Origin: Camelus dromedarius
Lineage: Eukaryota
Direction: 5' to 3'
Assembly: GCF_036321535.1 (NCBI RefSeq)
Contig: NC_087472.1
Coordinates: 98,520,001-98,584,000, forward strand
Length of the DNA: 64,000 nucleotides
Shown: positions 1 through 13,889 of the stretch, piece by piece
Position numbering within the stretch: position 1 is the first letter of the stretch
Layout of the letters: each line of letters opens with the position of its first letter
Program-made: the position numbers and the translations under genes
Notes under the pieces: model-generated
Database searches by the model: none
Told to the model about the DNA's origin: nothing
What the model saw: only the letters and a program-made list of their open reading frames with translations

Positions 1-154
1 GCTTTATTGAAGTACAGAATCTCCACCCCCCTCATGTGTCTACAGCTGCTTTTGTACTGGAACAGCAAAGTTGAATAGTTTAAACAGAACTCTTAAGGCC
101 TGCAAAGCCTAAAACATTTACTATTTGGCTCTTTACAGAGTTTGCTGACCCCTG
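1..154 (+). mobile_element. MER58-like hAT-Charlie DNA transposon, 3' part
   Basis: ggcctgcaaagcctaaaacatttactatttggctctttacagagtttgctgacccctg matches the recalled MER58A terminus. Confidence 0.8.
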
Positions 155-972
155 ACCTAAACATTTGCTGACAGATTGGTTTTGGGATCTGGTATCTCCT
201 TTAGATCTCTCTAATCTTTAGTTTTTAGATGTTTTAAAAAGTTTTGCTCTGAGGTTTTACTCTGAGAGGAAACAGAAGGTTTTCAGAATTTTCACATCAA
301 CAAACAGGCTATGCCCACTGGAGACAGAACTAGAAATATGTTTGTATGTGTATCAACCTGTGGAATTCTTTTAACTTTAGGATGTCTCAAAATTTTCAAG
401 AAACTATTTATGCTTCCAAGGGATGTACAACAAACATTCTTTGGGAAATGTGAAGACATTTTATAAAGGTGATCACAACTTTTGTCAAGATTTCAATTCC
501 GCACGAGGATATTTTGTTTCATAATTGTGAGGTTAATACCAAGGCAAGTTCCATAAGACCACAGAATTAACACAGTAACAGAACTGAATAACATAACCAA
601 ATGAGATAATTTATGGAAGAAGGGATCATTTATCTGAGCTCTTCGCATTTAAAAGACTACTTAAATGTGAAAATGCAAAGTAGAAAAAGTAACTCACCAC
701 CAAGGACATGGACTTGGGTCAATATATAGGACCAATTTTAGGCTTTTTAATTTTTAAGATTTTTTTTTTTCCTCCATAGGAAACAGGCTGAGGGAGATGG
801 CAACAAACAGGAGAGAACTCCACATTAGCTGCTCCAAAATTTGACAGTTTATTCCCTGTTTAACTTATTAAACTCTACCCATAAGATGCTATGGTTTGGA
901 TTCAAAGTACACAGAAGAGAAATAACCATAGTCTGACATATACATTTTCTCTCAAGTGATAGCAGTGAATCA

Positions 973-1176
<204 letters not shown>

Positions 1177-3164
1177 TTAAAATGTGTAAGAATATACTGA
1201 ATGATCCTACATAAAAGGTGTTTTTTTCTACTCTTCACACACAGTCTTCAACGAGCTTTAATTTGCTGTTGTACAAATCGTTCTCATACTGAAGATGCTA
1301 TTTCAATAGAAAAGTCTTGGCAAACCTGTTAGTATCTGTAAGGTAAAGGGTTTTGACATTACCAAAGCCTTATTAATTCTGTTGCTCTAAATGTAGAAGC
1401 ACTACAAGTATGTTTGCTGTTCTGTTCCTTCAGAACCAATGCTCCTTTAGAAATATTTAAACAATATCATATATATTTTGCTCCAAGAAGGGGAAAAATT
1501 ATGGACCTTGCTTGTCAAAATAAGTTTTACTATGAAATATTAGTTTTAATGAAGTTCCTTTAAGTTTAATGATTCAAGGGGAACCACATCTCAGTAGTAC
1601 TTTGGAAATGTGTCTCTAAATACAAGGGTATGAGGTTTTCCAAAAACAAAACAAGCACGTACAACTTTAACGTCTGTTTAGATCCTGAAAATTTATTTTC
1701 ATGAACAACAGTAATTTAAAAATAAATCTTAGTTCTGTCCTCTTTCAGTAGTGTTGCTATTGCCAATGGAGGGGAATGCCTGAAGCAAAGCACTGTTTCA
1801 GTCTCCATCTTTTGTCCCATCAGGTCTCTCCTTGTATTCATTATGTCACCTGTTTACACTGCATCAGATTATCAAAATCACAAAGTCTTTAAACTAACAT
1901 GACAATTTTCCATAGGTCAATCTTGAGCTATGATCCATATATTTTAACAAATAAGAAAGTAAGTAAGAACCCACCTTCCAAACTAGGTTGAGTACACTTG
2001 GAATTGCTAGTATAGCTAATATTGCTAAATTGTGGAATTATTTGATTGAGATGCATTTTTAAGAAAAAAATTGTGTTTGAACACTTTTTCTCCTAAGAGA
2101 TTTTTATCTCCCCTGTCAAGTGGAAGATGACATTCTATGAAATGACTCATATATTTCATCATTTTTGCCAAGTGGTATTAACTGTGCATCAGATACTTAG
2201 AATATCTTGAAAAGGGAGGGAGGAAAGTTGTTTCTCTAATGGACAAAATCATAGCCATGGAAATTTAAGCTTTAGTTTTAAGAATAAGTCACTTAAAGCT
2301 CAACTTTATTTTGACCAAACCTACAATGTAATTATCACCTCAAGTGTGTCTGGGTAATAAAGAAGGAACTGGAACAGAAATGAAAAAAAAATTGGTCAAA
2401 TGAATTCAGTAGCATGGTATACAAACACACAATCCAGAAAATTATATACTGTAAGTCAAGAAGTCAACTTTATGACAAATAACCTTTTAAAAATGATTCT
2501 AATCATTAGTAAAAGGTCAAAATTAAAATCTAGTCTGTAAGTCATTTGTAGTAAAAAGGGGTCAAATTTGTACTACAAGGCAAATCTAAGCATTCTTCAG
2601 AAAGACTGGAGTGGTGCTTTTTGGGTGAAAATGATGATACCACTACAGGAACATCTGTTACTGAATTTTAATCCAGTACCTCATATTTATTACTTTTTAA
2701 TACATCATTGAAATTTCATTTTACCAGAAGTCTAAGGAACAATGAGGTCTTTATGAGATGAATCAGGAAACTAAAAAGGGATTTCTCCATTTTTCAGTTC
2801 AACAACATATATTAAATGTCTGCTATATGCTGAACAATGAGCTATGTTTTGGGGGTCCAAAAATGAGTAAGACAGAATTCCTCCCTTCAGTGAGCTCCAG
2901 AATTCCTAAATTTCATAAGACAATTAAAAAGTTAAATTACTTTTAGGAGGAAAATTTCTGTTCACGGTACAAACTCTTCAGAAATTGTGTGCATAAACTT
3001 GGACCAGTGTGTACAGACACAAAAGGCTGAATACTATACAATAGTTGTTGCTGTCTTAGATAAATGTCCTTAGGCCTCAGCCAAAAGATGCTTATCTAAA
3101 CACTTACTGCAGTTATGATTTGGTGTGTATATGCTATTATGAACAGCAAATAGATATGCATTTC

Positions 3165-3300
3165 TTGACATGAGTCAAGAAATACTTATTGAGAGCCTAT
3201 GTGTGCCAGCTCATGTTCTAGGTATTGAGGATACACTGATAAATGAAAGAGTATCTGTCTTTGTGATGTTTATATCTTTGTGAGGCAGACAGACAACAAA
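3165..3300 (-). mobile_element. L2 LINE 3' fragment
   Basis: aaatacttattgagagcctatgtgtgccagctcatgttctaggtattgaggatac is the reverse complement of an L2 3' end. Confidence 0.65.
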
Positions 3301-3751
3301 TAGGGATAATAGGATTGAGCTGACAGTGAACGTTCCAACGAAGTTGTCAATAACTGACACAGAATAATGCACTGAGAGGGAAAAAAGAGTAAGAACTATG
3401 GAAGAAATGCACAAATAACAATTACCAAATAAAAGTTGGTCAGTTCTCACAATTACAAGGACATATGTGCTGACAAGATAAGGAATATGTAGGCCAAGTG
3501 AATTCAGTAAATAAGTCTCAGAATACTTGAGAAACATGATATTTTGTTTTCTTCCCACAGATTTCACACAGACTGGTAAAAAAGTTTTTTTTTTTTTTTT
3601 ACTGTTTCAATGCTCATTTCTGAGGAGGGAACAGATGGATTGGTGGTAGGGTGCTCAAAAGTGTTTTTGTAAATTACCTCACAATCGAACTTAAAGTTAC
3701 TCAAAATATAGAAGGTGAGACTTTAATATTCCTTGTTATACATATTTAGGT

Positions 3752-3820
3752 ATATGTATATGTACTTGTATTTGGGTGTATGTATGAGTGTGTGTATGTA
3801 TGTGTATATACACACACGCA
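3752..3820. repeat. Imperfect (TA/TG)n-(CA)n microsatellite
   Basis: atatgtatatgtac...tgtatgagtgtgtgtatgtatgtgtatatacacacacgca. Confidence 0.65.
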
Positions 3821-5294
3821 GATTTTTTAGAACAAAATTAAAGGATTACTTTTTCACTCCAAAAACTAGCACTACATTTAAAAAAATCTACGATAAAAAT
3901 ATATGATAATACTTTAGAAATTATGAAATAACCAGATAAGGCATTTATTTGTAATTATTATAATATAATTATAATTATTAGTAACGATATCATCTTTTGA
4001 AGACTTGGGTACAGGCCTTCAAAGGATTACATATAGAATGAACCAGAACCTAGATCATCTTGCTGTTAGGTAACAATCAGGTTATTTATAATAAAATTGT
4101 TGAAGTATGTCTCTCCCCATCACCAATCCTCTGTGAATATTGCCAGCACTGACTCTCCTTTCTATTAACAAGTACTTTAAAAAAAAAAAACTTGCCTACT
4201 GAAAGTAGACATTAGGAAGATGGTTATTAAAAACATAAAAAACAAAGCAAAATAGTAAAACCCATTATACTTAAATTTTAAAAAAGATACAGTATTTCAG
4301 AACACCTTAATTCAGAAGGCTATAGTACAGCATGGCAAGACTTACATAAAAAAGCACTCTTAAATGTACAATGTGGAGATGACATATTTGATCAGATTTA
4401 TTTTTTCTTTGCCCCATTCCTTAGAAAAAGCAACAAAATGAAACATGGGTTTGGTTTAGCTTCTTTGATACCCTGAGTCAGATACATCCATCGGAATATC
4501 AGGGAAGAGTACTGACATCATACACTTGTGAAGTTATTGCTAACACAGGGTAGAAAATGGAGACCAAGAATGATTTTATAGTTCATAAAAATGCACTGCT
4601 GAACAGGCCATTTTCTAAACCTAAAAAGACCCTGATTAGCAAGTGTAAGGAATGATTAGATTATGTTAATTTAATTTTTTGAATGGAGGTAACTGTGTTC
4701 TAGAGGAACCAGCTTATTAGAGAGGATACGCTCATAAATACCACTTATTTCCTGTTTGGTCATGATGTAAATCTTTCCTATTTATCCCAAGGCATTGAGC
4801 TCAATATGTGGCAAAATGGATAGTGAGTAACCACAACAGTAGGATTATAAAATTATTAAAACAGAAAATAGAGTACCATCCCTCCCCCACGAGTACATAA
4901 ACATTTTCATTCTGAGAACAAGCTCCCCAAATTCTGATTGCCTAGTGTGAAATTTCAAGAATGATAACATACAAATCAAGAGAAGATTATGGAAACTAAA
5001 TGAAAGGCTCAGTTCCCTTACTAATAATAAAATATTTTATCAAGTGTTCTCAACACTTTTCTTTGCCCTTTCCTTGTATTCACATCCTTGCTTTGGAAAA
5101 ACCATGCCTGTACTCCAAAGTGTCAAAGAACAAGATTATTTATAAAAGCATAGTAAGTGTCTATTTGTGTGTTCAAACAGCATTTATGAAGTGGCACAAC
5201 TTTGCTTAAAGTATATGGATACTAATCCTTTACAGATACACAAAGAAAGTTATATGTGGTAAAAGCTCAAAGTATACAAAAGGAATATATATTG

Positions 5295-5541
5295 ATGGCA
5301 AACATTTATTTACAGTTTAGCAGGCACTATTCTAAGCCCTTTGTATGTACTTATTTGCTCCTTATAAAAGTCCTATGGATGGAAATGGTTATTATCTCCA
5401 TTTTTAAAAAAAGAGTCAATACCTGGCATAGAGACGTTAAGATCTATATCCAAGGCCACACAGCTGGTAAGTGGGAGAGCTGGGATTTGGACAGCCTGGT
5501 TTCAAAGTCCATGCTCTTAACCACTATGCTATGCTGCCTCT
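5295..5541 (-). mobile_element. MIR SINE, near full length
   Basis: MIR core attatctccatttt...ccaaggccacacagctggtaagtgggagagctgggatt...catgctcttaaccactatgct. Confidence 0.85.
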
Positions 5542-6268
5542 CCCTAACTGTTGGCACATTATATATGTAAGTAACATGCATTGTCTGCTGAAGACATGTA
5601 AAGGGGAAAATTTTAAATCTAATTTCTACAAATCTAGAAAAGGGAAAGGAGAAGAAGAAAAAAGAAGAAAGGATCAAACTCATAAGAACTAAAGTGGAAA
5701 CATGAAGCATAATGTTGTAGATGATGAAAAAATATATAGAGATTTTCCCAGAGCTACCAAATAACCATGTACCATCTAGTCACTTGGCTGTACAATCCTG
5801 TCCAGGGACACAAGAAAGGTGACAGAAGGATACATTAACTTTGCTTACGCCAGAATTATTGAAATGGATATTCTGTCATAAATACTCAGTACTTGGAAAA
5901 GGCAGCATTTTTGGTGGGTATCTTTTTTTTCTCACCTGGGAATAAATTTGAAGACATATTTCCAATATGGACTTCTAAAAGATATATATTTTTTTTCTAC
6001 AGTGGAGTTTTTGGGTTTTTTTTTTTTTGGCTTATATATGGATTCTGGCACATTTTTGGTAAACTTGACAAAAAGTCTATTTATTTTGACTTTTTAAATG
6101 CTATTTTTTAAAATTAGGTATATGGTTACATGGAGCTACGGCTGCGTTCATTTTATTTTAAACTGATTGGTCTAGAAACTTCAGTGACATTATTCTCTAA
6201 GCATTAATGTGGAAAACTTACAATTCTAAACGACTTTCTAAGTATTTTGCAATTTAAGTAACACTTTA

Positions 6269-6364
<96 letters not shown>

Positions 6365-6629
6365 TTACTTTATTTCAAATTGGGAAGTAAGTTAAAACCA
6401 AATACTTTTTATGGATAAAATTACCTCAGCATCTAACCTGAGTTCACATATATAATACTTCTGCCATGATGACAGAAATCAGTAAAAAATTCAATTTTCT
6501 GCCCACAAAACTGCTTTCTTATTACCTCAATTTGAAAGCATTAGACAAGCAACCTATAATTTAAAAGCTAGAAATTAAAAAAAAAACCAAAACACCCTTC
6601 TCTTCTCTCCCCAAATAAAATCAACTTAC

Positions 6630-6703
6630 TATTTCTTGCGGCATTCACTGGCTCTATCAATTTTAAATTCAGGCAGACTGATGAATCCTTCTGCTTTTTC
6701 ATC
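6630..6703 (-). CDS. CNKSR2: CNKSR2 coding exon (~exon 16), 74 nt, phase 0-2, PH domain
   Basis: Acceptor ctctttag|GAT, donor ATA|gtaagt. Encodes DEKAEGFISLPEFKIDRASECRKK(Y). Confidence 0.96.
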
Positions 6704-8676
6704 CTAAAGAGGCAACACTCTTGTTTAGGGTATTATATACAAAGGTTTGATGCTGATGCTACTATACAACTATGCCTTAAATATCTATACTAATAAACCT
6801 GTTCATTTAATTCCCTAAATTTAACATTTCAGAGATAAGAATTTCACTCTTAACTGTTATAGTTACATTGAAGGTGTATTTTGAACACTTAGAATATTAC
6901 AAACTAAAATATATATAGAAATTTAAAAAGCCTTTTTATATTAAAAGGAAAATAGAAAATATTTTAATTCTCAAAGTGAAACGTTTTGCAAGTAATTTCT
7001 CATTAGAATATATATACATTTTTTATAACATAAAAGAACTTTAGTCCACATTTGCAATTCACAATTTTCTATCATTTTAAATGATCAGATGTAAAATATA
7101 GGGATGTTTACTAATTCAATTCCTTTTCTGCCTCCAAAAATCTCTTATCAAGCCCAAACTAAATAATTATTTTGTGTATTCAAGATCTTAAAAATGAAAT
7201 AGATTAATTTAATTTTCAAATAACTGACTTCGTTTTACAGGCTATATATATAAAAGTCATTTTTCACCTGGAAAATTGAACAAAATCCATAAAATCCCTC
7301 TCTCTAATGTGAGTTGGAAAACAAGATAGGAGAATTATCCAAAATCTTCCATTAGATACAAGTTATTCCAACTAGGATAAGACTATTTTTGGCTAAACCC
7401 TTTAATTGTTCTTGTCCCTTTGAAGTTCATGAGCCAACTCCTCGGACTTTTACTCTCCCAAACTTTGATCTATGCTGTACCAGTTCATGGTTCCTTATAT
7501 ATCAAGTTCAAGTGAGATTAAATACTCATCTGCTATCTCAAAGAAAACGAATAGAAACTCTCAGTTCTATTAGAGTATGTGTGTACGTATATATTGAAAA
7601 CTTATTAAAAAATTTGACGCTAATGATAGTGACTGAAATGTGTGTTATATAAAAGAGCAATATTATAACTTTTAAAAATATTTATCAATATTTGAGTATT
7701 TTCGTCCAATCTTGGGATAAATACAATAGTATCAAATCTCTTTCTCAACTTTGATTTCTGTTATGTTACCCTTGATATCTTTAATGTTAAAATTTAAAAT
7801 TCTGAACAATTTAAAATACTTTTGGGGTAGTTATGATCTCCCCATTAAACGTTCAAAGACAGAATACTGCACAGTAGACAAATCTACAAGTGATCTTAAA
7901 ATAAAGAGAAACATACAGATGCTATGTTTTTTATACTACTTGATTGGCATGTAAAAAGTATCCAGCCAGCACACTGTATTAAACCATGTACATTTTTAGG
8001 AAAAAACAGGTTAACAGTAGAAATTGTTGTTTAAGAAAAACTTAAGGTGAACTGATAGATGGCTATAGCAAAGGAATCAAGGCAAATGTAGAGTCAAGGG
8101 AATATCAACAAATAAGGTATATTCTGTGTATCTTGTGATATGCGATAGGTTATATAATTACTCTGGTTATAAAATCTATATACTACAAATGAAATAGTAA
8201 ATCATAAGAGCAATTTGCATGGATTACATATCTTTCCCCTGCTGCCCCTTATGGGCCAAATGAAATGAATACTTGCAGATTTTCAAAACTAGTCTGCTAG
8301 TTCATTTATTCTTTAAGAAAAACTGAACCAAATACAGGTGACATTAATTAACTTACTAAAAGACTTCCCAAGAAAAGCAAACAGAAACAAAATTAGAAAC
8401 TTCGAACAAAAGCAAGACATTTAAAAATCGATACCAAATTTCCAGGTGCAATCCTTTCAGTTAAGCTATTGTTTGAATTAATTTGGTATTTTTGATTAGA
8501 GAATTTTATAATACAGAGAATTTAATTATACTTTATCTGTGTTTCAGATGTTTCTACATTAGAATAACTGAGACAACTATCTTCCCAGAACCGCACAATG
8601 CATTCATTCTAGGAAGGCAGACTGAAAAATACTAGAAGTCTCCTGAATTAGCCTTAAGGTGATTATTATGATTTTA

Positions 8677-9000
<324 letters not shown>

Positions 9001-9347
9001 TCATAAAAATAAGTCTAGGTACTAAACAACCTTTAACATTCTTATTTTCTTATTGTAACAGAATAGAAAAATATGGAAATCTTTAATACCTTTTTGCCCA
9101 CATAAGTGACATATAATTTAATCACAAGTGTGCGATCCCAGTCTCAAAACCTGTTGAGACCATTTGCTGTAAAAGGTACCTTGTATTATAATCGACCTGA
9201 AGGAGAAGCTGGTCTTAGTAGCTCTTCTGCTAGGGGATTGTGCTCTTCCAAACCACACTGGGCTCAGGCAAGAGAGGCTGGGTAAAGTGTGCTGGTGATT
9301 ATCCCAGTGCAAACTAAGCTGCTAAATGCTTCGTTTTCTTTTCTTAC

Positions 9348-9396
9348 CTTTGTTTTTCTTCTTTGATTTGTGCTGCAGAGAAGACTGCTGAAATGT
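9348..9396 (-). CDS. CNKSR2: CNKSR2 coding exon (~exon 14), 49 nt, phase 0-1
   Basis: Acceptor tttgatttcag|ACA, donor AAG|gtaaga. Encodes TFQQSSLQHKSKKKNK(G). Confidence 0.96.
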
Positions 9397-9769
9397 CTGA
9401 AATCAAAGATAGGGAAGAATGTTATCTGACATTCAAGGTGCTATCGGATATCCAGCGAGAGGCACAGAACTCTCAATAGCTGAACGATGACTCTGAACCC
9501 CTTTTCTAAAGACTCAAAACAAATTCTTATGTCTCATGCCACTAAACTTCCTAATCTCTCCTGAAGTAAGAGAGGATAATATTATCTTTGTCCTGATTTT
9601 GCAGGCAGAGAAACCAGGGCACAGAGTAGTGGTGAAAATCAAGGCTCTTATCTATGTATAGTATTACTGGGTACCTTTTTAAGGACTTTATTGTGCTTTC
9701 TCGGGCAATATCTCATTTGATTCTCCCCAAAATCTTATGAATTAATCAAGTAAACACGACTATCACTTG

Positions 9770-10350
9770 TTCCTTTGAAGTTCATTCTATTCCATAAACC
9801 ACCATCACCTGCTGATCTCCTTAGGCTCTCCCCCTCAGTTGCTATCAATTTCAGCACTTGAATCAGTATTTTCTTCTCAAACCTATTCTGTCCCTACTAC
9901 TGGTAACTAATCTTCATATATGTGATGTCAGTACCCTGGCTCCTCAGTCCCTCAGCTCTAATTCCTCAGCTACCCATCCCCATTACCCTATGTTTGTTAT
10001 TCTTAAGCATACTCCAACAACTGCCTCCATTATCTCCATTTTACATAGTACAATACCCCCAAGCCAGCAACTTTTAGAAAATCTCCACTGAGACATCCAG
10101 TTCATTGACTTTACCACCCTTTTGTGCCGTTTTTTTTTCTTTTCTTCCACTTGGTTTCCATGGGACATCATTATTATCACTCCCTTGAGCTATGCTCCCT
10201 GCATCATACTTGCCTAGCTAAAAGACCATCCCAGTTAAACTCACCTATCAGTCTACTCCATGTTAAGGACCAGAAGAGTGTAATGTCTTAACAGAAAAAT
10301 CCACAACTGTACTGACTGGTCGAGACTTTAATTTATGACTATAAATCACT
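9770..10350 (+). mobile_element. L2 LINE internal fragment (degenerate)
   Basis: Pyrimidine-rich L2-like tract (tggtaactaatcttcatatatgtgatg...ccctggctcctcagtccct). Confidence 0.5.
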
Positions 10351-11603
10351 GGTTCCAGTCAGACAGTCTACTAAACTAGATTATTCACTGTTCTAAATAA
10401 GGTTAATTATGTTCATATGATTAGCTAACTAACAGGGTACAGAGACAGCATGTGTAATTTTAATTCACAGATAATCCTTCAAAATGAATTTCTGGTAACA
10501 AATTCTTCTTTTTCTTTACAAAGGTATATCTGTAAGGGACAATTGGGTTTTGTCTACATAAAATTCGCTGGTCTTGGTTTTATACAATCAATTTGTATTC
10601 TGTGACATACTTTTAAATTGAGTATCTTTGCTTGTAAAATAACATTCTTATACAACAATTTTCACATTCTGTACATGGTTTACAAAATTCTCATGAATAT
10701 AATATTATGGATGGATATTAGCCCTAAAGAAAAGGATTAGATAATTTGCTGACATTTAGTGTAACCCAGAACTAATCACTCAATTGTCAAAGCAATATAA
10801 ATACATATATGTATGTGGGAATGTGTCTGTGTATAAAACTTTGCAGGATCCATGGCTACAGAAATTCACAATCAATTTTTGAGAAAGCATAAAAGATAAA
10901 ACCCATTATGCTGTGTTGATTTTCTTGAGTGCACTTTGCTTCAAAATAATAACTCAAATAATAACTCAGGCTAGTGTGCTTAAGTATAGTTAATTTACAT
11001 ATAGTTATTTTCCCTAAATTGTTTGGCTGTAAAATTAGTGATTGGGTTTTTTTTTCCCCTTTTGTGTTTCCACAAGTAATCATTATAATTTTATAGCTCA
11101 TTATTTTTAAAAATGACAAAGATGGGGGTGGTTTGTTTTTAGGAAGCTACATGGATAACAGACAGCTTGAAAGAACTGTTATATAATGTACCTCCTATGC
11201 TTTTTGCACATTGTTCCTTAGAACCAGAAGGTCTACTTGAAAATCTACACAAAAATATATCTTATGCTCTCCAGGTATTCTTTTTAACATGATTATCTTT
11301 TCTTTCCCTATAAATAGATATTCTCGTACCAACTGTGATTGCAGAATATAATCAGTATACATATTGTTGAAACCTAAGAACTCCTAGGCACAAAATACAG
11401 ATGTATCCATCATTCAAAGAAGCAAAGCTTTAGATGTCTTTTGTATATATGTTAGTATTACAATGGAATTCTCTTAAGAGAGACTTTCTTATTTTTCCAA
11501 TGAAAATAACATGACATTTTCTAAAATGAAAGTTAACTGAATTATATGCTTTTGAAAGTTAACAGGAAAAACAATGAAACCCACACTTAAGGAAACAGGT
11601 TGC

Positions 11604-12147
11604 TGTGCAGAAGAGTTAATACAGCAGGCCTGAGGCTATCTTAGAAGGGGTTGCTAGCAAGGCTGGCCCTTAGCTGACATCAGGGAGCTTGGCTGGTAAA
11701 TAGTTCCCTATACTGACATGAAGGTTCTCTAAGCAGTAAGACTATTTTGCCCAGCTGGGGACTAAATGCCTGCCTTCTTTTTGGGAGTCTGGAATTTAGG
11801 TAGTTGCTAGGCAGAAGATACCTGTGTAAGCAATCCAATAAAATCCTTGAGTGATGAGTCTTTAATGGGCTCCCCTGAGCGGAGACATTATGCATATGTG
11901 ACTGCATTTTTGCTGCTGGGGGAGAACAGTCTGTATGATCTGTCATGAGAAGGAGAGAGCACAGGAAGTCTGCATATGGATTTCTCCAGATTCCATGGGT
12001 ATCGTTTTTCCTTACTGATCTGGCTGTATATGTATACGCTTGCTGTGTCACTGGAGCAAATCTTCCCTGTGGGTAGAACTATATGTTGAGTCTTCTGAGT
12101 CCTAGTGAATCAGTGAACATGTGGGTGATTTGGGGACCCCTGAAACA
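11604..12147 (+). mobile_element. MER21-like solo LTR
   Basis: Starts tgtgcagaagagttaatacagcaggcctgagg, contains internal aataaa, and ends gggtgatttggggacccctgaaaca (TG...CA), as in the recalled MER21 consensus. Confidence 0.8.
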
Positions 12148-12589
12148 GCCTCATTCTCAAAAGATTCCTTACAAACTTATATAAGAAATTGTTCATTATT
12201 CATATACACAGATAAGCTCTTGATATTGAAGTTTTCCTCATGTCATCAAGCAAGTGTGATTAAATACCCCTGAGGTGCAAATTTATAATCCTACACAGTC
12301 TTTTCTAGTAGAACTTACGGAATTATTCATTCTGAGTGACAGGTATTTAATTGGTATCCTTTTTTCCAGTTTTTAATGGAAATATTTAATAAGAGCAAGA
12401 CATTAAGAACAGACACGACTATAATGGATAACACAGCAGATCATAAAAGGTATTATGACCAACTTAAAAAAAAAAAGAGACCTGGAATCTTTGCTTTCAT
12501 GATGATGAATGTTTTTCTCATGAGAGCAAAAATTTGTAATGTATTTTATTTTTGTATTTTTCTTATTAGCCTCAGATTATTCTTCTTCC

Positions 12590-13300
12590 AGGTTCATGCT
12601 TAAAGAAAGTATATCCTTTAGAAGTTCTTTCATAGCAGTCTATGCGTAGCAAACTCTTTTAGATTTTTATGTTTGAAAATATAAAAATCCTTCATTCTTA
12701 AATAATAGAATTTAAGAGCTGGGTATAGAATTCTGAGTTGAAAATAATTTTCCCTCCACAATTTGAATATATTACTTTATTTTCTTTTGACATCTATTGT
12801 TGCTCTTAAGACATCTATAGCTACTCTGTCATTTCTTATAATTTGTTTTAGTCACTCTGTAGCTTTTAAAATACTTTCCTCTTTATCCCTGAGATTCTGC
12901 AATTGTTCTATGATGTGTCTAGATTATAACTGATTTTAATTAATCCTATTTTGCATTCATTGTATTATACTTGAAGACATTATTTCTTTAATTCTGAATA
13001 TTCTCAGATGTTATCTCTTCAAATGTGGTCTTCTTTACTAGTCCCTCTTTTTTTTCTCTAGACATATGTTGGCATCTCTCAATTTAGGATCCATGTATCT
13101 TTCATATTTCTGCAATGCGTTTTCAGTGAATTCATTCTGCTGTCTTCCAATTTCCTAATTCTTTCTCTGATTTTATCCAGTCTGAAGTTTATCCTATCTA
13201 CAGAGTATTTATTTTACTGACTATACTTTACGTATCCAGGATATCTAGTTGTTATTAGTGCTTGTGAATACCCAGTGTTCTTAATCATCCTGTTATTTCA
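12590..13300 (-). mobile_element. Old L1M LINE fragment
   Basis: T-rich tract with typical antisense L1M motifs (ccttcattcttaaataatag, gggtatagaattctgagttg, ctatgatgtgtctag). Confidence 0.7.
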
Positions 13301-13889
13301 AAATCTACTTTAAAGGCTTTTGTGGATTTCCTGTAATTTCCTTTTAGTAAGGAAAGAATCCCCTTTACACAAGTCTCAGCTCTTGTCAATGGCTGTATCT
13401 TTATTTAACCTCTTTACTCATGGGTGAGAAAGCTCTTGCCTTCCCAGTTGGTTTCACCCAGTGAATCAATCTTCAGTTTCCCGACATAGCTGTGGTCCAT
13501 TTGCTCTCTGATATATAGACTCCCACTCATCTCTAGCTCTTTCTCGACAATGTATACGGCTTTAGTTCCCATTTATTACTGCACAATTTTGTTCTTTTTT
13601 CTGGTCCTTTGAGACTAGATCTCATTTCGGACCATGACTGTTATTTTTTTGTATTTGGGGTAGGGTGTGTGTGTGAATTTAAAGTATAAGCCCATAATGT
13701 TTAGGGACCACCAAAAGTTGATTCCTTTGGCAAACATTTGTGGAGATCAATTCTCTTAAAAAACATATTTTTTACCTTAAATTCTGAATCATCATTCAAT
13801 AAAATCTTTTGAATGCCCTCACTAGCACTTTCTGTTTATTCTAGTGAGCATATGCGTGAAAGTTCTAAGAATGTCTGAGAACTCTATCT

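Noticed and set aside
11680..12051. 123-aa minus-strand ORF
   Set aside because: Lies wholly inside the MER21-like LTR and shows no retroviral or cellular protein motif.
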